NCBI GenBank assembly: GCA_944363635.1
Contig: CALVUP010000007.1
Coordinates: forward strand, 1,666-65,665
Length of the DNA stretch: 64,000 nt
Direction: 5' to 3'
Source: an uncultured Bacilli bacterium
GTDB lineage: Bacteria; Bacillota_I; Bacilli_A; RF39; UBA660
In this document: positions 62,443 through 64,000 of the stretch, piece after piece
How the letters are laid out: each line of letters begins with the position of its first letter
How positions within the stretch are numbered: the stretch's first letter is position 1
Translations under genes and position numbers: made by a program
The notes under the pieces: model-generated
Seen by the model: only the letters and a program-made list of their open reading frames with translations
The model's database searches: none
Told to the model about the DNA's origin: nothing

Positions 62443-62775
62443 ATGCTTCGTAATCAAAATAGGTATTTTAATAATGAGGAGCAATTACAACTGTTGAATC
62501 GCTTGTGTTCTGTAAATGAGAAATATGGACGATATACATATATGTCTGAGTTTTATAGGATTTGTGATGCTTATTTTTCTTTATTACAACAGGCACAAGA
62601 AGAAATGCAAAATGTGTTTGATGAAAAAAAGGCTTTGGTGTTTTATCAGAGTGTTTGTTCTACACTTATTGATAAAGATAAACAAAATATAGCTTATGAT
62701 ATGACAATGAGTTTGTTTGAAAATACCGATTATGTAAAGCAAAAAATATTACGAAACCAGAAAAGAAATCAATAG
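62443..62775 (+). CDS. hypothetical 110-aa protein downstream of the T-box
   Basis: Strong AAGGGAGG RBS; no motif. Confidence 0.5.
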   Translation: MLRNQNRYFNNEEQLQLLNRLCSVNEKYGRYTYMSEFYRICDAYFSLLQQAQEEMQNVFDEKKALVFYQSVCSTLIDKDKQNIAYDMTMSLFENTDYVKQKILRNQKRNQ

Positions 62776-62791
62776 AATTGAGGGTGAGAAA

Positions 62792-63847
62792 ATGAAACAA
62801 AAAATGGATGAAATCAAGAAAAATTTAGAAGTTGAAATGAAAGACGTTGAGGATTTAAAGCAACTTAATGATTTAAGAATCAAATATTTATCTAAAAAAG
62901 GAATTGTAACAGAGCTTTCCTCTATGATGAAGGAAATTCCTAATGAAGAAAAAAAAGAGTTTGGTATGCTATTAAATGAAATTCGCACTTACGTAACAAA
63001 GATGTTTGATGCGAAAAAAGAAAGTCTAGAGAAAAAGGCTTTAGAAGAGCGTTTAGAAAAAGAAGCAATCGATATTAGTTTACCTAGTACTCGGGTGTAT
63101 CTGGGAGCTCCTAATATTTTGGAAAAGTTAATTGAAGAAGTAGAAGAAGTTTGTATGTCCATGGGATATGATGTTGTGGATGGTCCTGAGGTTGAAGAAG
63201 ATAAGTATAACTTTGAGATGTTAAATATTCCTAAAGGGCATCCTGCTCGAGATGCTCAGGATACTTTCTATTTGGAGGGGGAAGAGATTTTACTTCGTAG
63301 TCAGACTTCTCCTGTACAGGTACGTACGATGTTAAAGGGAAGGGGAGAAGTTCCTGTTCGTGTTATTTGTCCTGGTAAAACGTATCGTAGGGATGATGAT
63401 GATGCTACCCATTCTCATCAATTTATGCAAATTGAGGGATTGTTGGTTGATAAAGATATTTCGTTATCTGATTTGAAAGGTACGATTGATGTTATTGTTA
63501 AGAAGTTATTTGGGGATGATGTTGAGACTCGTTTTCGTCCAAGTTATTATCAGTTTACAGAGCCTTCTGTAGAAGTTGATATTAGTTGTTTTAATTGTAA
63601 AGGTAAGGGTTGCAATATTTGTAAACATACGGGTTGGATTACGATTGCTGGTGCTGGAGTTGTTCATCCGAATGTACTTCGTATGAGTGGCTATGATCCA
63701 GAAATTTGGAGTGGATTTGCTTTTGGTTTTGGCGCAGAACGTATGGCAATGCTTAAATATAATATTAATGATTTAAGAGTATTCTATAATACGGATTTAA
63801 GAGAAGTTAAACATTTTGATAGAGGGGAGCTTAAGAACGATGATTAG
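62792..63847 (+). CDS. pheS: phenylalanine--tRNA ligase alpha subunit
   Basis: Class II aaRS motifs (HPARD, FRxE-type motif 2, GLGxERxAM motif 3 as GFGAERMAMLKY). Confidence 0.92.
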   Translation: MKQKMDEIKKNLEVEMKDVEDLKQLNDLRIKYLSKKGIVTELSSMMKEIPNEEKKEFGMLLNEIRTYVTKMFDAKKESLEKKALEERLEKEAIDISLPSTRVYLGAPNILEKLIEEVEEVCMSMGYDVVDGPEVEEDKYNFEMLNIPKGHPARDAQDTFYLEGEEILLRSQTSPVQVRTMLKGRGEVPVRVICPGKTYRRDDDDATHSHQFMQIEGLLVDKDISLSDLKGTIDVIVKKLFGDDVETRFRPSYYQFTEPSVEVDISCFNCKGKGCNICKHTGWITIAGAGVVHPNVLRMSGYDPEIWSGFAFGFGAERMAMLKYNINDLRVFYNTDLREVKHFDRGELKNDD

Positions 63848-64000
63848 TTTAGAATGGGTAAAAGATTATATTGATATTCGTGATCAAGATTTAGAAAAGT
63901 TGGCCGTTAAGATTACGGAAGCTGGTATTAATGTTGAAAAAGTAATTACAAATCATATTGATCATTTAGTTATTGGTAAAGTTGTCTCTTGTATTGATCA
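63840..64000 (+). CDS. pheT: phenylalanine--tRNA ligase beta subunit (5' part)
   Basis: MISLEWVKDYIDI... typical PheT N-terminus; start overlaps the pheS stop. Confidence 0.85.
   Translation, partial: MISLEWVKDYIDIRDQDLEKLAVKITEAGINVEKVITNHIDHLVIGKVVSCID

Overview
The window is a 64 kb chromosomal segment from a low-GC Firmicute that, by its gene content, forms endospores. It carries SpoIVB, SpoIIP-YqxA-LepA-HemW synteny, YlbJ/YlbL-like genes, a PdaA-like deacetylase, and nusB-xseA-xseB and T-box-pheST arrangements as in Bacillus. TGA is a stop codon and TGG encodes Trp, so the standard bacterial code applies. The housekeeping backbone is tgt-queH, nfo, a class B PBP, nusB-xseAB, uvrC, mutL, miaA, ndk, ppdK, cobB, uvdE, asnB, lepA, hemW, tmk and pheST, plus a tRNA-Met(CAT)/tRNA-Leu(TAG) pair. 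Several accessory modules are interleaved with it.

- **Candidate defence island (32.5-35.9 kb):** a very AT-rich two-gene insertion between ppdK and an SDR gene. It encodes an Abi_2 (AbiD/AbiF-type) abortive-infection protein and a 621-aa protein with no recognisable domain, each with its own consensus promoter. A roughly 60-nt promoter-to-terminator mini-transcript lies between them.
- **Dispersed type IV pilus/competence-like system:** eight prepilin-type genes (G|F-T/S-L-I/V-E class III signal) scattered among housekeeping genes, plus one divergently oriented GspE-family ATPase. Two of the prepilins are 579- and 637-aa modular pilins that flank a XerC/D-type recombinase and share a 68-nt perfectly identical 5' segment.
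- **Tandem minimal kinases:** an autonomous operon of three diverged minimal protein-kinase-like proteins, immediately upstream of a pilin trio.
- **Unknown membrane-anchored proteins near the tRNA pair:** these include ComGC-like domains without a prepilin signal, a paralogous unknown domain duplicated in adjacent genes, and two near-identical consensus promoters.
- **Smaller items:** an unannotated 46-codon Cys-rich membrane mini-ORF and a T-box leader that precedes an unknown ORF ahead of pheS.

No CRISPR array, integrase or transposase was seen.
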